Origin: an uncultured Pseudomonadales bacterium
Lineage (GTDB): Bacteria > Pseudomonadota > Gammaproteobacteria > Pseudomonadales > JAUIET01
Direction: 5' to 3'
Assembly (NCBI GenBank): GCA_964544755.1
Contig: CAZJDL010000002.1
Location: 2,470-66,469, forward strand
Length of the DNA: 64,000 bases
Below are positions 9,060-23,096 of this stretch, piece by piece (position 1 is the stretch's first letter; each line of letters starts with the position of its first letter). The notes below the pieces were generated by a model. That model was not told where the DNA came from. It ran no database searches and saw only the letters and a list, made by a program, of their open reading frames with translations. Both the position numbers and the translations under genes were made by a program.

Positions 9060-9419
9060 AGGTATTCCGTTTTGCTAATTGCGGCAAGGCACAAACAACC
9101 CCGGCCGGCGCTGCGTTAAGGTGATTTTACCATCGGTACCTGCCGTTTTGGCCTGTCACCGACGTTTTCGTGATCCAACTGCGGTTTCTAGGATAACCCT
9201 GTGCGTGCTTGGAACGTACCGCTAAGCGGGATGAACGAAGTATCGCCGTGCCGGTCAACAATAATATGGTGGCATATCAATTACCAGACCGGCGGTTTTT
9301 TTGTGAACCGGGTCACATGTAGTATAAAAATCGACCACATGTGAGCATTCAGTTATATGTGGCTGGTAGGCGCTGCGAGTCGATGCGTTTACACTGGCAC
9401 AGTAGTAAGGAGTAATCCA

Positions 9420-9827
9420 GTGCGAAGAACCTTACCCGACGTTGACACTCTGCGAAAAATGGCAATTGATAACCCGGCCAAGCTGGAGTTGCTGCGCCGC
9501 AACCTCGCGCAACAGATTATCGATCAGGCCGCCCCCCAGAACCGCGCACGCTTGCAAGGCTTGCAATTTGAAATCGACGCGCATTGCCAAACCGCGCCCA
9601 ATCCGGTAGCAGCGTGCATTAAAATATCCGCAATGATGCAAGAGTCGTTCGAGCGCCTGCATTCGACGCTGAACGCCGCACTCGAGACTGGCGCGCTGGA
9701 TCTGGAACCCATCAACGACACGCAGCACCACGCGCTGGCAAGCCGCGCCAGCTACACAAAGACCAGCAAAACAATCGCACCGCAACGGCGGTCGAGCGCC
9801 AAAATACTGCGGTTTACACCCCGCTAG
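9420..9827 (+). CDS. hypothetical protein (DUF3135-like by recollection)
   Basis: In-frame GTG at 9420 is preceded by AAGGAG (9407-9412). LPDVDTLRKMAIDNPAKLELLRRNL...RLQGLQFEID. The family name is from memory only. Confidence 0.5.
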   Translation: MRRTLPDVDTLRKMAIDNPAKLELLRRNLAQQIIDQAAPQNRARLQGLQFEIDAHCQTAPNPVAACIKISAMMQESFERLHSTLNAALETGALDLEPINDTQHHALASRASYTKTSKTIAPQRRSSAKILRFTPR

Positions 9828-9828
9828 G

Positions 9829-12327
<2,499 letters not shown>

Positions 12328-12396
12328 GCTGGATAAGCGAACGCACTAGTGTAGTACATTGAATAAAGCGCGAATGTTAAGCGTTGCGGGATTCGT

Positions 12397-12424
12397 TTGC
12401 ACGCACTGCGGCGCTTGCTATAAT
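12397..12424 (+). promoter_or_regulatory. sigma70 promoter for tRNA-Leu (TTGCAC-16 nt-TATAAT, GC-rich discriminator)
   Basis: -35 at 12397-12402 and a perfect -10 at 12419-12424. A GCCGCGC follows the -10. The tRNA starts 21 nt downstream of the -10. Confidence 0.65.
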
Positions 12425-12444
12425 GCCGCGCTTCGCATGCCCAT

Positions 12445-12509
<65 letters not shown>

Positions 12510-12531
<22 letters not shown>

Positions 12532-13874
12532 TTTTTTATACCACCCGTTGTTGCCGCCACGTCCCGCAGTTCAATTTGGATTGTCATTGCCCGCTGCGTT
12601 GTGCGATGCGCCTCTGCCACCCACAAATCACCAATCGCCACCAATTCCTCACCTTTATAGACCAATGGCGTACGCTCGCGCAGCCACGGCGGTACGCCGG
12701 CTTCCTGCAACCATTTCTTCAGCGACTTGCTGCCGCCATGACTTCGAGGTTGGAACGTTTCGCCGCCGCGCCGCAATCTGACGTCATATTGCCCGCCGCG
12801 CGCCAGCCCGGGTTCGTTAGATGCCACCGCGCGCAGTATGCCTACGCCTCGGATCAACAAGTCTTCGCCCGACCATCGATATTCGACGCTGTTATCGACG
12901 GTCGACAAACGTGGTAGCAAAAATAGACGCCCGACGAAACGGCGCGCTTCGCTTCGCGCCCAGGTGATTTGAGGCTGTGCATCGGCTTTGGCGTTGGAGA
13001 GTTCGGTCAATAATTTGCGCAGCTGTTGTTGCGGCGGCGGCGACAGCTCGAGCAAGGCGCAAGCACGACGCAGCGCGTTTTTGGCGCGCGCCTGCGATAG
13101 CTTGCGCAGCGCTGCGATGCATAAACTGCCGCCGAGGGTATCCACCCGCCAGTCCAGCGCCGTTAGATCCTGCGTGCCCAGTGCCACCTCTATTTCCGCA
13201 CTTTCTCGCAACCACGCGACGGACTGAAGCCACGACTCTCTATAGTGCGGCCAGCGTTGCCGGATACGGGGCAATACTTCCTGGCGCAAATAATTGCGAT
13301 CGAATGCTGTGTCGAAATTACTGCTGTCGTTGACGAAGCTCAACGAATGCCGCTCGGCGTAGCAGCGTAAGCCTTCTTTGCTGAATGCCAACAACGGCCG
13401 CAACAAACGACCATTGCCAAGCGACCGGGTTACCGGCATACCGGCGAGGCCACGCGTACCCGCGCCGCGCAGCAGGCGCAACAAGATAGTTTCAGCCTGA
13501 TCGTCGGCGTGGTGCGCGAGCAGCAGTAAATCGCCTTCCTGCAACTGTGACTCGAATGCCCGGTAGCGGGCGCGCCGCGCCGCATCTTCCGGGCCGCGCC
13601 GGTTGCCGGTCATAACTTCGACAGCGCGAGCATGGAAAGGTACTTTCAGCTCCTTGCAAACCTGCGCGCAGTGCGCCTGCCAGTCGTTTGCTTCTGAATG
13701 CAAGCCGTGGTTGATATGCAAAGCCAGCAGCGGCGGCGCCGAACCTGACTGCGCAACAGTGTGCAGCAACACGTGCGAGTCGAGACCACCGCTGTAGGCG
13801 ATTACCCAGCGCCGGCATGTTGTAAAGGGGGCTAACAGTGGCGCAATGGTTTGCGCGTTGAAGTGCGGCAACAC
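12510..13874 (-). CDS. tilS: tRNA(Ile)-lysidine synthase
   Basis: 454 aa with PP-loop SGGLDS (AYSGGLDSHVLLH). Lies downstream of accA as in Pseudomonas. The last 22 nt overlap the convergent tRNA-Leu. Confidence 0.9.
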
Positions 13875-13879
13875 GGCAT

Positions 13880-14830
13880 TTACGGCCTGCCATAAGCCAT
13901 CAGGCGCGCGTAGCGTTGTTCCAGCAGCGCGTCCGCCGGAATGACTTTCAGCCGCTCCAACTGTTTCGCCAAATGGTCCTGAATGCGGTTGGCCATCAAA
14001 TCGATATCGCGGTGCGCACCACCCAGCGGCTCTTCAATCGTCGCATCGACGATGCCCAGCTCCAGCAAAACATCCGAGGTCAAGCCCATTGCCTCAGCCG
14101 CTTCTGGCGCTTTTTCGGACGTCTTCCAAATAATATTGGCGCAACCCTCCGGCGAAATGACAAAGTACGTGGCGTATTGCAGCATACAAAGATGATCACC
14201 AACGCCGATACCCAATGCACCGCCGGAGCTACCCTCACCGATCACCGTACATATAATAGGCGTACGTAAATGCGACATCACCGCCAGGTTTTGCGCGATC
14301 GCTTCGCTGATATTGCGCTCTTCCGAGTCTATGCCAGGGTACGCACCGGGCGTATCGATCAGCGTCAAAACGGGTAGTCTGAAACGCTCGCCGAGCTCCA
14401 TCAACCGCTTCGCCTTGCGATAGCCTTCCGGTCGCGGCATGCCAAAATTGCGCGCGACCTTTTCCTTCACGCCGCGGCCCTTTTCCTGCCCGATCACCAC
14501 CACGGGTTCGCCGCGTAGCCGCGCAATACCCCCGATAATAGCTTTATCGTCACCGAAATGGCGATCGCCGTGCAATTCGTCAAACTCGGTAAATATGCGC
14601 TCGATATAGTCTTGTGTGTACGGCCGTTGCGGATGGCGCGCGACTTTGACAATATCCCAAGGTGTTAAGCCGGAATAAATTTTCTCGGTGAGCTTATTGC
14701 TCTTCTCCTTGAGTTTGGCAACTTCCTCGGTGATATTGATCTCCGAGTCGTTACCGACCAGGCTCAACTCGTCTATTTTTACTTCGAGTTCAGCGATGGG
14801 TTGTTCAAAATCGAGAAAATTAGGATTCAT
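13880..14830 (-). CDS. accA: acetyl-CoA carboxylase carboxyltransferase subunit alpha
   Basis: 316 aa with [24 protein letters not shown] and TPGAYPG. Confidence 0.97.
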   Translation of the reverse strand: MNPNFLDFEQPIAELEVKIDELSLVGNDSEINITEEVAKLKEKSNKLTEKIYSGLTPWDIVKVARHPQRPYTQDYIERIFTEFDELHGDRHFGDDKAIIGGIARLRGEPVVVIGQEKGRGVKEKVARNFGMPRPEGYRKAKRLMELGERFRLPVLTLIDTPGAYPGIDSEERNISEAIAQNLAVMSHLRTPIICTVIGEGSSGGALGIGVGDHLCMLQYATYFVISPEGCANIIWKTSEKAPEAAEAMGLTSDVLLELGIVDATIEEPLGGAHRDIDLMANRIQDHLAKQLERLKVIPADALLEQRYARLMAYGRP

Positions 14831-14896
14831 AGACCGAGTTAACGCCCAAAAAAGCCGCCTATTCTACATGACAAAACAGCCAATTGGACGCAAAAG

Positions 14897-17800
14897 TCAG
14901 GAAGAACCATCAAATTGCAGCTGTACGTTTTCCGTTCCGTAACGCGACCGCAGACGCTGGATAAATTCATCGCTGGGATTCACGCGCCATTGTTCTCCCA
15001 GCGCTAACTGCGCGCTCGCCCCCGCGGCTTGGTAGCTAATCACCACCGGCACCGTTCCGTGCACGCTCGTTTCCAGCGCCTGGCCGAGTTCTTGCATCGC
15101 GCCAGCGTCGAGTGCATCGGCGCGCAGTTTGATCTGTAGCGACCGGGCGTGTGCATGGCGTGACTCCAATAGCGTTTGCAGGCTTTTCGCGCGCATCTTA
15201 TAACTGCCGCTGTAATCGTCGACGCTAACAAAGCCCTCGATGCTGATCAAGGTATCCTTGATCAGTTTATCGCGTGCTTGCTGGTATAGATCGGCGAAAA
15301 CGGCGATTTCCAGCCGTGCCGAGCGGTCATCCAGCGTGACAAAAGCGATGGTATCGCCTTTTTTGCTTTTCATCGTGCGCAAACCGACAATCAGGCCCAC
15401 CACCAGTTGCGCATTATTTCCAGGGCGCACATCGACCAGCCGCACGGCATTAAATTGCGCCACTTCGGCCGCGTACTCGTCGATGGGGTGGCCGCTTAAG
15501 TACAAGCCCAGCGTCTCTTTTTCGCCGGCCAGCGTTGCCCTTGAACTCCAGTCTGGAACCTGCCGGTAGGCGGCGTAAACGTCTTCGACGCCGCCGTGCA
15601 TTTCACCAAATAAGTCCACCATACCGCTGCTGCGGTTTTTCGCCACTTGATCGGCGGCCTTCAACGCGTCGTTCAGGCTCGCCATCAGCACGGCGCGCGC
15701 CGTACTTAACGAGTCAAACGCGCCCGCGCGAATCAAGGCTTCGATGGCGCGCCGGTTGACTTTGCGCGCGTGGGTGCGGCGGCAAAAATCAAACAAGTCG
15801 GTCACCGCACCATCGCGCTCGCGGGAGGCGAGTACGCTGCCTACCGGCCCCTCGCCCAAACCTTTGATAGCGCCCAGGCCATAAACAATATTTTGCTGGC
15901 CATCAACGCTAAACGCGTATTCGCCGCGGTTGACATCCGGCATGACGATGTTCAAACCCATGGCGCGGCATTCTTCGATCAACAGCACGACTTTGTCGGT
16001 GTTTTGCATGTCAGCCGACAATACCGCGGCCATAAACGGCGCCGGGTATTGCGTTTTTAACCAGGCTGTTTGATACGACACCAGCGCATAAGCGGCCGAA
16101 TGCGATTTATTAAACCCGTAACCGGCGAATTTTTCCATCAAGTCAAACACGCCTAAAGCGACTTGCTTATCGATTCCGTTAGCCTCGGCGCCAGCGCAGA
16201 AGAACTGCTTCTGCTTGGCCATTTCTTCGGGTTTTTTCTTGCCCATGGCGCGCCGCAGCAGGTCGGCCTCACCCAGCGTATAGCTGGCCATGACCTGCGC
16301 GATTTGCATAACCTGTTCCTGGTACAAAATCACGCCGTAGGTGTTTTTGAGAATCGGCTCCAGCGATGCGTGGTCGTAACTGACGGCTGCGCGGCCATGC
16401 TTGCGATTGATGAAATCGTCGACCATGCCGGACTGCAAGGGGCCGGGGCGAAACAAGGCCACCAGCGCGACAATGTCTTCAAAACAACTGGGCAACAACC
16501 GTTTGATGAGGTCTTTCATGCCGCGGGATTCAAGCTGAAATACCGCAGTGGTGTTGGCTTGTTGCAAATTTTTGAACGTCGCTTGATCATCCAGCGGCAG
16601 GCTAATGATGTCGAGCGCGTCGCCACCTTGCGCGCTACGCTGTTTGTTAATAGTTTTCAGCGCACAATCGATAATCGTAAGCGTGCGCAGGCCAAGGAAG
16701 TCAAACTTGACCAGCCCGACCTGTTCAACATCGTCTTTGTCGAATTGCGTGACCAGTCCGGCACCGGTCTCGTCGCAGTACAAGGGCGCAAAATCAGTCA
16801 GCCGGGTCGGCGCGATCACAACACCGCCAGCGTGCTTGCCGACATTCCGTGCGACGCCTTCTAACTGATAGGCCATGTCCATGATTTCCGCTGCTTCGTC
16901 GTTTTGCTCAACGAATTCGCGCAGATTGGCATCCTGCTGCATACCTTTGCTCAGCGTCATGCCAACTTCGAAAGGAATAAGCTTCGACAATTTGTCGGCC
17001 AGGCCGTAGGCCTTACCCTGCACGCGTGCCACGTCACGCACCACGGCCTTGGCCGCCATGGTGCCAAAGGTGATGATTTGCGCGACCGCATCGCGACCGT
17101 AGCGGTCAGCCACGTAAGCAATCACGTCGTCGCGGCCTTCCATGCAGAAATCGACGTCAAAGTCGGGTAATGATACGCGCTCCGGATTGAGGAAGCGCTC
17201 AAACAGCAAGTCGTATTCCAGCGGGTCCAAATCTGTGATTTGCAAGGCATAGGCAACCAGCGAGCCGGCGCCAGACCCCCGACCCGGCCCCACCGGTATG
17301 CCTTCCTGTTTGGCCCAGCGGATAAAGTCCATCACGATCAGGAAGTAACCTGGAAAGCCCATCTGATTGATGATATCCAGTTCAAATTTCAGCCGCTCAC
17401 CGTATTCCGCGCGACGACGGGCGATTTTTTCCGGCTGTAGCCGCGCCAATTGCTGCAAGCGCCGCTCCAGCCCCTGTTCGGCCTCGCCGCGAAAAAACGC
17501 TTCCACCGTAAGCCCGGCCGGAATCGGGTAATCCGGCAAATAGTAGTCGCCCAGACGCAACTGTAGGTTGCAGCGTTTGGCGATTTCCACACTGTTTTCC
17601 AGCGCTTCGGGCAAATCGGCAAACAGTTCGGCCATTTCTCTGGCGCTGCGAAAATATTGCTGGTCACTGTAAATACGCGGTCGGCGCGGGTCGTCCAACG
17701 TGCGCCCCTCGGCGATACAAACACGCGCCTCGTGGGCTTCAAACTGCTTGCTGTCGAGAAACCTGACATCATTGGTTGCTACCACTGCACAAGCAGACCG

Positions 17801-18373
17801 CCCCGCAAGCGTCACGGCAGCGTGTGTATAGGCTTCTTCGTGGGCGCGCCCGGTACGCTGCAATTCGATATAGAACCGATCGCCAAATAAGGATTGCCAG
17901 TGCGCCAGGCGCTGCTCGGCGAGTTCGGTTTTACCCGCCAGCAACGCCCAGCCAATATCACCCTCACGCGCACCGGATAACGCCAGCAAGCCATCGACCT
18001 GAGCGCCGGTTAACCAGCTTTTGCGCACCGTTGCCTGGCCGCGCCGTTGCCCTTCCTGATAAGCGCGGGAAATGAGCCGGGTCAGGTTGCGATAGCCATT
18101 GTCGTTTTGCACCAGGAAAGTCAGTAACGTCACGCTGTCGGCACCGTCGTCGACTACCCACAGATCGACGCCGCACAGTGGTTTTATTCCGTGCCGCCGG
18201 CAAGCCGTGTAGAACTTTACCAGCGCGTACAGATTGGCGTGGTCGGTCAACGCGACGGCTGGCATTTGGTACTCAGCGGCTTTCACCGCCAGTTCGGGGA
18301 TGCGCGTTAAGCCATCGATCAGAGAAAATTCGGAATGTATTCGCAGGTGAACAAACATTACGGTTTTTGGCAA
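14897..18373 (-). CDS. dnaE: DNA polymerase III subunit alpha
   Basis: 1158 aa. PHP domain N-terminus [15 protein letters not shown]. Contains PDFDVDF and an OB-fold C-terminus. The start may instead be the ATG at 18358. Confidence 0.97.
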   Translation of the reverse strand: MPKTVMFVHLRIHSEFSLIDGLTRIPELAVKAAEYQMPAVALTDHANLYALVKFYTACRRHGIKPLCGVDLWVVDDGADSVTLLTFLVQNDNGYRNLTRLISRAYQEGQRRGQATVRKSWLTGAQVDGLLALSGAREGDIGWALLAGKTELAEQRLAHWQSLFGDRFYIELQRTGRAHEEAYTHAAVTLAGRSACAVVATNDVRFLDSKQFEAHEARVCIAEGRTLDDPRRPRIYSDQQYFRSAREMAELFADLPEALENSVEIAKRCNLQLRLGDYYLPDYPIPAGLTVEAFFRGEAEQGLERRLQQLARLQPEKIARRRAEYGERLKFELDIINQMGFPGYFLIVMDFIRWAKQEGIPVGPGRGSGAGSLVAYALQITDLDPLEYDLLFERFLNPERVSLPDFDVDFCMEGRDDVIAYVADRYGRDAVAQIITFGTMAAKAVVRDVARVQGKAYGLADKLSKLIPFEVGMTLSKGMQQDANLREFVEQNDEAAEIMDMAYQLEGVARNVGKHAGGVVIAPTRLTDFAPLYCDETGAGLVTQFDKDDVEQVGLVKFDFLGLRTLTIIDCALKTINKQRSAQGGDALDIISLPLDDQATFKNLQQANTTAVFQLESRGMKDLIKRLLPSCFEDIVALVALFRPGPLQSGMVDDFINRKHGRAAVSYDHASLEPILKNTYGVILYQEQVMQIAQVMASYTLGEADLLRRAMGKKKPEEMAKQKQFFCAGAEANGIDKQVALGVFDLMEKFAGYGFNKSHSAAYALVSYQTAWLKTQYPAPFMAAVLSADMQNTDKVVLLIEECRAMGLNIVMPDVNRGEYAFSVDGQQNIVYGLGAIKGLGEGPVGSVLASRERDGAVTDLFDFCRRTHARKVNRRAIEALIRAGAFDSLSTARAVLMASLNDALKAADQVAKNRSSGMVDLFGEMHGGVEDVYAAYRQVPDWSSRATLAGEKETLGLYLSGHPIDEYAAEVAQFNAVRLVDVRPGNNAQLVVGLIVGLRTMKSKKGDTIAFVTLDDRSARLEIAVFADLYQQARDKLIKDTLISIEGFVSVDDYSGSYKMRAKSLQTLLESRHAHARSLQIKLRADALDAGAMQELGQALETSVHGTVPVVISYQAAGASAQLALGEQWRVNPSDEFIQRLRSRYGTENVQLQFDGSS

Positions 18374-18969
18374 TTCTCGGTGCTGTCGGCAAGTAGCTGC
18401 CGCACCGGACTAAACGAGCGGCGGTGGATGGGACTCGGCCCTAGCGCGCGCAAGCGTTCAAGGTGCAGTTTAGTCGGGTAGCCCTTATGCCTGTCAAGGC
18501 CGTAGCCGGGATACTGTGCATGTAAGGTGCGCATTGCCGCGTCGCGGCTGACTTTTGCGACAATCGACGCGGCCGCGATGGCGGCTACCCGCGCATCGCC
18601 GCCAACGATGGCGCGCGAAGGGTATTCCCACCGCGGCAGGCGATTACCGTCCACAAGCACCAACGCCGGGGCCACGGCCAAACCATCGACGGCGCGCCGC
18701 ATGGCCAGCAGGCTGGCGTGCAGAATGTTAATGGTGTCGATTTCCAGCACGCTGGCCGTGGCCACCGAACACGCTAAAGCCTGGCTGGTTATCGCGGAAA
18801 ACAGCGTCTCGCGCTGCCTGGCGCTAAGTTTTTTTGAATCGTTCAGGCCGGGTAAGTCAGTCGCCGCTGGCAAAATAACGGCGGCGGCATAAACATCGCC
18901 GGCGAGGGGGCCGCGGCCAGCTTCGTCAACTCCGGCCACCAATTGCGCATCCTCCCCGCTCAACATCAT
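18358..18969 (-). CDS. rnhB: ribonuclease HII
   Basis: 203 aa with [16 protein letters not shown] and DSKKLS motifs. Confidence 0.95.
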   Translation of the reverse strand: MMLSGEDAQLVAGVDEAGRGPLAGDVYAAAVILPAATDLPGLNDSKKLSARQRETLFSAITSQALACSVATASVLEIDTINILHASLLAMRRAVDGLAVAPALVLVDGNRLPRWEYPSRAIVGGDARVAAIAAASIVAKVSRDAAMRTLHAQYPGYGLDRHKGYPTKLHLERLRALGPSPIHRRSFSPVRQLLADSTENCQKP

Positions 18970-20147
18970 GGCGTCAGTCCTCCTTCAAGTAATTCCAATA
19001 TCGCGCTGCTAGCCTGCTCGCTCGCCCCCTGGCGCAGCTGCACATGGACATCGGTAAAAATGCGTTGCAATTCGGCGCGCCGCTCGTTGTCTTCCAGTTG
19101 CCGCACCACGGCCGGGCCAAGCTGCTCGGCGCAGACTTGCTGTTGAATAAACTCCGGCACCAACGCTTTGTCGGCTAACAGATTGGGCAGGGAGAAGTAC
19201 GGCAGTTTTATCATTCTGCTCACGATGGCATGGGTCAGACCGCTGAGCCGATAGGCGACCACCATTGGCCGCTTGAGCAACATGGCTTCCAGCGTGCTGG
19301 TGCCGGACGCCAGCAACACCGCATCGGCCGCACCCATGGCCTGCTGCGCCGCGCCATTCAGCAGCTGAATACGGTCTAAATAAGGTGTGCAGTCGACACA
19401 ATTTCGTAGCTCGGTTTGCAAATAAGCGTACAGCTTGTCGTTGGCGGCAGGGATCACAAATTTGAGGTCGTCAAGCCGCTGCGCGCACCAGGCGATAGTC
19501 TGCAAAAAGGCCGGTGCGAGATAGCGCGCTTCGGCCATGCGGCTGCCGGGTAATACCGCCAGCCAACGCGCCTCCATGTCAAGATCCAACTGCCGGCGAT
19601 AGTCGGCTTGCCGCGCTTGCAGCGGGATCGCGTCAGCCAGTGGATGGCCAACAAATTTCACCGGCACCGCATGCTCGGCATAAAACCTCGCCTCGAACGG
19701 AAATAGCGCCAGCATCAGATCGACCGACTGTTTGATTTTTACGACGCGTTTTTGACGCCACGCCCAGACACTGGGGCTGACATAATGTACAGTTTTGATG
19801 CCGGCAGCGCGCAGCTTGCGTTCTATTGCTAAGTTGAAGTCCGGCGAGTCGATGCCGATAAACACATCCGGTCGTGTCGCCAGGCAAAACTCGGTAATGT
19901 CACGCCGAATGCGCAGCAGTTCCGGCAGGCGCTTGAGGGGTTCGAACAAACCCATGACTGATAAGCGCTCCAGCGGCGTGCGGCTGTTTAACCCCTCTTG
20001 CTGCATGTGCGCGCCACCGATGCCGCTAAAAGATACGGCGCAATGCCTGGCACGCAGTGCGGTCATCAACGCGCCACCCAGCAGATCACCGGAGGCTTCA
20101 CCCGCTAGCAGCGTGATGTTAAGACTGGATTGTGCTGGAAGTTGCAC
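18966..20147 (-). CDS. lpxB: lipid-A-disaccharide synthase
   Basis: 393 aa with [12 protein letters not shown] and IDSPDFN. Sits in the lpxD-fabZ-lpxA-lpxB cluster. Confidence 0.95.
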   Translation of the reverse strand: MQLPAQSSLNITLLAGEASGDLLGGALMTALRARHCAVSFSGIGGAHMQQEGLNSRTPLERLSVMGLFEPLKRLPELLRIRRDITEFCLATRPDVFIGIDSPDFNLAIERKLRAAGIKTVHYVSPSVWAWRQKRVVKIKQSVDLMLALFPFEARFYAEHAVPVKFVGHPLADAIPLQARQADYRRQLDLDMEARWLAVLPGSRMAEARYLAPAFLQTIAWCAQRLDDLKFVIPAANDKLYAYLQTELRNCVDCTPYLDRIQLLNGAAQQAMGAADAVLLASGTSTLEAMLLKRPMVVAYRLSGLTHAIVSRMIKLPYFSLPNLLADKALVPEFIQQQVCAEQLGPAVVRQLEDNERRAELQRIFTDVHVQLRQGASEQASSAILELLEGGLTP

Positions 20148-20233
20148 TTACACGACGGTCGAACGAGGGGCAAGATAGCGGTCGTAGCTGGTGAAAACTT
20201 GTGCCAACACGCTGCGCAGCCGCTGCACGCGCA

Positions 20234-21004
20234 TCAGTTCAAAATACCACGCTCGGTCGATTCGATGGAGTCGATCAATACTTGCAAAGCCGGTTCATCC
20301 TCACTCATGCTTTTGATTTCCTGCACGGCCTGGTCGAGCTTCAAACCGCGCCGGTAAAGCATGCGGTAGGCTTTTTTGATGGCCGCAATCGCCTCCCTGC
20401 TAAAGTCGCGGCGCCGCAGGCCTTCGACATTAAACGTTCGGACGACGGCCGGCTGGCCCAAGGCAAACATATAAGCCGGCAGGTCTTTGACGATATGCGA
20501 AGCCATGCCCGCATAGGCGTGCGCGCCTATGCGGCAATATTGATGCACCAGCACGTAACCGCTCAAAATGGCCCAGTCGCCGACCAGCACATGGCCGGCC
20601 AGCGACGCGTGGTTCACCATGGTCACATGATCCCCAACCATGCAGTCGTGGCCCACATGACTGTAAGCCATCAATAGGTTGTGGCTACCAATGCGGGTCA
20701 GGGACTCGTCTTGCACGGTACCACGATGCACCGTGACGCCTTCGCGGATGATATTGTGATCGCCAATCTCCAGCCGTGTTGGCTCGCCCTTGTATTTAAT
20801 ATCAGGCGTATCTTCGCCGACGGTAGAAAATTGATAAATCTGATTGTACTCACCGATGCTGGTGGGACCTTTGACGACAACATGTGAGGCAATTTTGCTG
20901 CCCGTGCCAATTTCCACGTCTGCGCCAACAATGCTCCACGGGCCGATTTCTACGTCGTCGGCGATCGAGGCGGACGGGTCGATGATGGCTCTAGGGTCAA
21001 TCAA
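20234..21004 (-). CDS. lpxA: acyl-ACP--UDP-N-acetylglucosamine O-acyltransferase
   Basis: The homologous N-terminus (M)[26 protein letters not shown] begins at TTG 21004, which forms a TTGA overlap with the fabZ stop. Hexapeptide repeats are present. The ORF-track start at 21088 runs into fabZ. Confidence 0.93.
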   Translation of the reverse strand: MIDPRAIIDPSASIADDVEIGPWSIVGADVEIGTGSKIASHVVVKGPTSIGEYNQIYQFSTVGEDTPDIKYKGEPTRLEIGDHNIIREGVTVHRGTVQDESLTRIGSHNLLMAYSHVGHDCMVGDHVTMVNHASLAGHVLVGDWAILSGYVLVHQYCRIGAHAYAGMASHIVKDLPAYMFALGQPAVVRTFNVEGLRRRDFSREAIAAIKKAYRMLYRRGLKLDQAVQEIKSMSEDEPALQVLIDSIESTERGILN

Positions 21005-21447
21005 GGTTCGCTCTTCCTGTCGGCACAAATTATGGTGGCAGAGCAAACAAACTTTTCGTCTACACTGGCTTTGCAGGCAAACTTCCAAATACCACGTTTC
21101 TCGGCCACCAATTCGGCCTCCAGGCGGAGTTGATCGCCCGGCATGACTTTGCGTTTGAAGCGGGCGTTATCACAGCCGACAAAATAGTAAATGGAGCCAT
21201 CCACCGGCTTCTTGCCGGACGTTTTAAAGCCCAGAATGCCCGCCGCCTGCGCCATCGCCTCGAGTATTAAAACTCCCGGCAAAATGGGCAGCTCTGGAAA
21301 GTGACCATTGAAATACGGCTCGTTAATGCTCACATTTTTCAGCGCCACAATCGACTTCCCCGGCTCCAGCTCTAGGACGCGGTCGACCAATAAAAATGGG
21401 TACCTATGCGGTAAGTATTCTTTTATTTCAGTAACATCCATAAGCAT
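21001..21447 (-). CDS. fabZ: 3-hydroxyacyl-ACP dehydratase FabZ
   Basis: 148 aa with [13 protein letters not shown] and [10 protein letters not shown]. Confidence 0.96.
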   Translation of the reverse strand: MLMDVTEIKEYLPHRYPFLLVDRVLELEPGKSIVALKNVSINEPYFNGHFPELPILPGVLILEAMAQAAGILGFKTSGKKPVDGSIYYFVGCDNARFKRKVMPGDQLRLEAELVAEKRGIWKFACKASVDEKFVCSATIICADRKSEP

Positions 21448-21507
21448 GTTGGTAGCCTTGATGAAGAGTGAATGTATCGCACTTTGCCGCTGCGTGCTGC
21501 GAAGTTT

Positions 21508-22533
21508 TTATTCGACCTCACGGCTGAGTTTTTTTTCCAGCGCGACAAGGCGTTTATGTAATTTGTCTAACTGCAGAAAGCGCACCGCATTTTTTTGCCA
21601 GGCCGCATGCTTCGACAATGCAGTGCCCGACGAATAGACGCCGGCGTCGGTGATCGACTTGCTCACCAGCGTCATGCCGGTGACGGTGACGTTGTCGGCA
21701 ATGCTAAGGTGGCCGGCCACACCAACGCCGCCACCGAGCGAACAGTTCGCGCCAATTTTAGCGCTGCCGGCAATGCCCACACAGCCAGCCACTGCGGTAT
21801 CTTCTCCAATTTCGACATTGTGCGCGATTTGCACCTGATTATCGATGATTACCCGCTTACCGATGACAGTATTTTGCAAAGCACCACGGTCAATGCTAGT
21901 GCAAGCGCCGATTTCCACGTCGTCACCGATAATCACCGAACCCAACTGGTGTATTTTGACCCACCCCTCGGGCGATGGCGCAAAACCAAAGCCGTCGGCG
22001 CCGATAACCGTGCCACTGTGAATGCGCACCCGCGCGCCGATACAAACAGCATGATAAATCGTCACGTTAGCGGCAATATCACTGCCACTACCGATCTGCG
22101 TGCCGGCGCCAATAAATGCGCCGGCGCCAATGGCAACACCGTCAGCCAGACTCACGCCGGCTGCTACGCAACAATGCGGACCCAGGCTAACACCTTCCCC
22201 CAGGCTTGCGCTCGGGTCAACGGCGGCGCTGGGATGAATACCGGGCGTTGCTACCGGCGCACAATCGAACAAGCGCGAGATTTTTGCGTACGCCAGATAC
22301 GGGTCTTCAACCAACAGGCAGTCGATCGTGCACTCGGGCGCCAGTCGCGCCGGCAGTATGACGGCCGAAGCCGCGCTGGCAGACAAGTATTTAGCATGCT
22401 GTTTGTCGGCGACAAAACTGATATCGCCCGCCACGGCCACATGCAACGCGGCAAGCCCGTTGATTTTACGTGCGGGATCACCACGTAATTCAGCGCCGGC
22501 AACGGCAGCCAAGTGTGCAAGGGTATGGGGCAC
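21508..22533 (-). CDS. lpxD: UDP-3-O-acylglucosamine N-acyltransferase
   Basis: 341 aa with extensive hexapeptide repeats and a C-terminal coiled helix. Confidence 0.95.
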   Translation of the reverse strand: MPHTLAHLAAVAGAELRGDPARKINGLAALHVAVAGDISFVADKQHAKYLSASAASAVILPARLAPECTIDCLLVEDPYLAYAKISRLFDCAPVATPGIHPSAAVDPSASLGEGVSLGPHCCVAAGVSLADGVAIGAGAFIGAGTQIGSGSDIAANVTIYHAVCIGARVRIHSGTVIGADGFGFAPSPEGWVKIHQLGSVIIGDDVEIGACTSIDRGALQNTVIGKRVIIDNQVQIAHNVEIGEDTAVAGCVGIAGSAKIGANCSLGGGVGVAGHLSIADNVTVTGMTLVSKSITDAGVYSSGTALSKHAAWQKNAVRFLQLDKLHKRLVALEKKLSREVE

Positions 22534-22560
22534 AGGTAATGCCTTACACCGTGCTAGCGA

Positions 22561-23073
22561 TTATTTGCTCTGGTTCAAGCGGTCGGTCACCTTCGCAGTA
22601 ATGCTATAGTCAGTATCGGCATGCATCGCGACCTGGCGATCCAGAATAAGACCAATTTTCTCTGCTTCTATCAAGTCGGAAACGATTTCTTTCACTTTAG
22701 GTGACATCTCAACCAGCAGCTCCTGCAATACATCTTTCTCCGAAGTCTGCAACCGTTTCGCCATGTGCTCAAGATCGGCACGATTGGCAGTGATCTTTTT
22801 TTGCTGTGTCGCTTTCTTGGCGGCGCTCATGACGGCAGCATCTTTCTGCAGCGCTTCTATCTGCCCCGTGACTTTTTTCTTTAATGCTTCGAATTCTTTT
22901 TTGCTATTCGCGTAGTCATCGTCTTTTTGCAATTTTTTCAAGCGCTGTTTGGCGACCTCGGTGTTAAACACCGCCTCTTGAACACTGAGCACCACGATTT
23001 TCCCCTGCGCCATAACAGCGCTGCTAGCGAGCACCATCAGTACAACAACAAAAGCCTGAATTCGTCTTATCAC
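22561..23073 (-). CDS. skp: periplasmic chaperone Skp (OmpH family)
   Basis: 170 aa with a signal peptide and a Lys/Glu/Gln-rich helical body. Located between bamA and lpxD. Confidence 0.9.
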   Translation of the reverse strand: MIRRIQAFVVVLMVLASSAVMAQGKIVVLSVQEAVFNTEVAKQRLKKLQKDDDYANSKKEFEALKKKVTGQIEALQKDAAVMSAAKKATQQKKITANRADLEHMAKRLQTSEKDVLQELLVEMSPKVKEIVSDLIEAEKIGLILDRQVAMHADTDYSITAKVTDRLNQSK

Positions 23074-23096
23074 AATAAACCTCCTCTCGATAAATG

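Noticed and set aside
9060-9300. Possible sRNA or terminator (CCGGTC...GACCGG followed by a T run near 9250-9300) in the 360-bp spacer downstream of the gamma-CA-like gene.
   Set aside because: The stem is only 6 bp with a roughly 30-nt loop. The T-run is followed by another imperfect stem. No promoter or conserved motif is recognisable, so the evidence is too weak to call.
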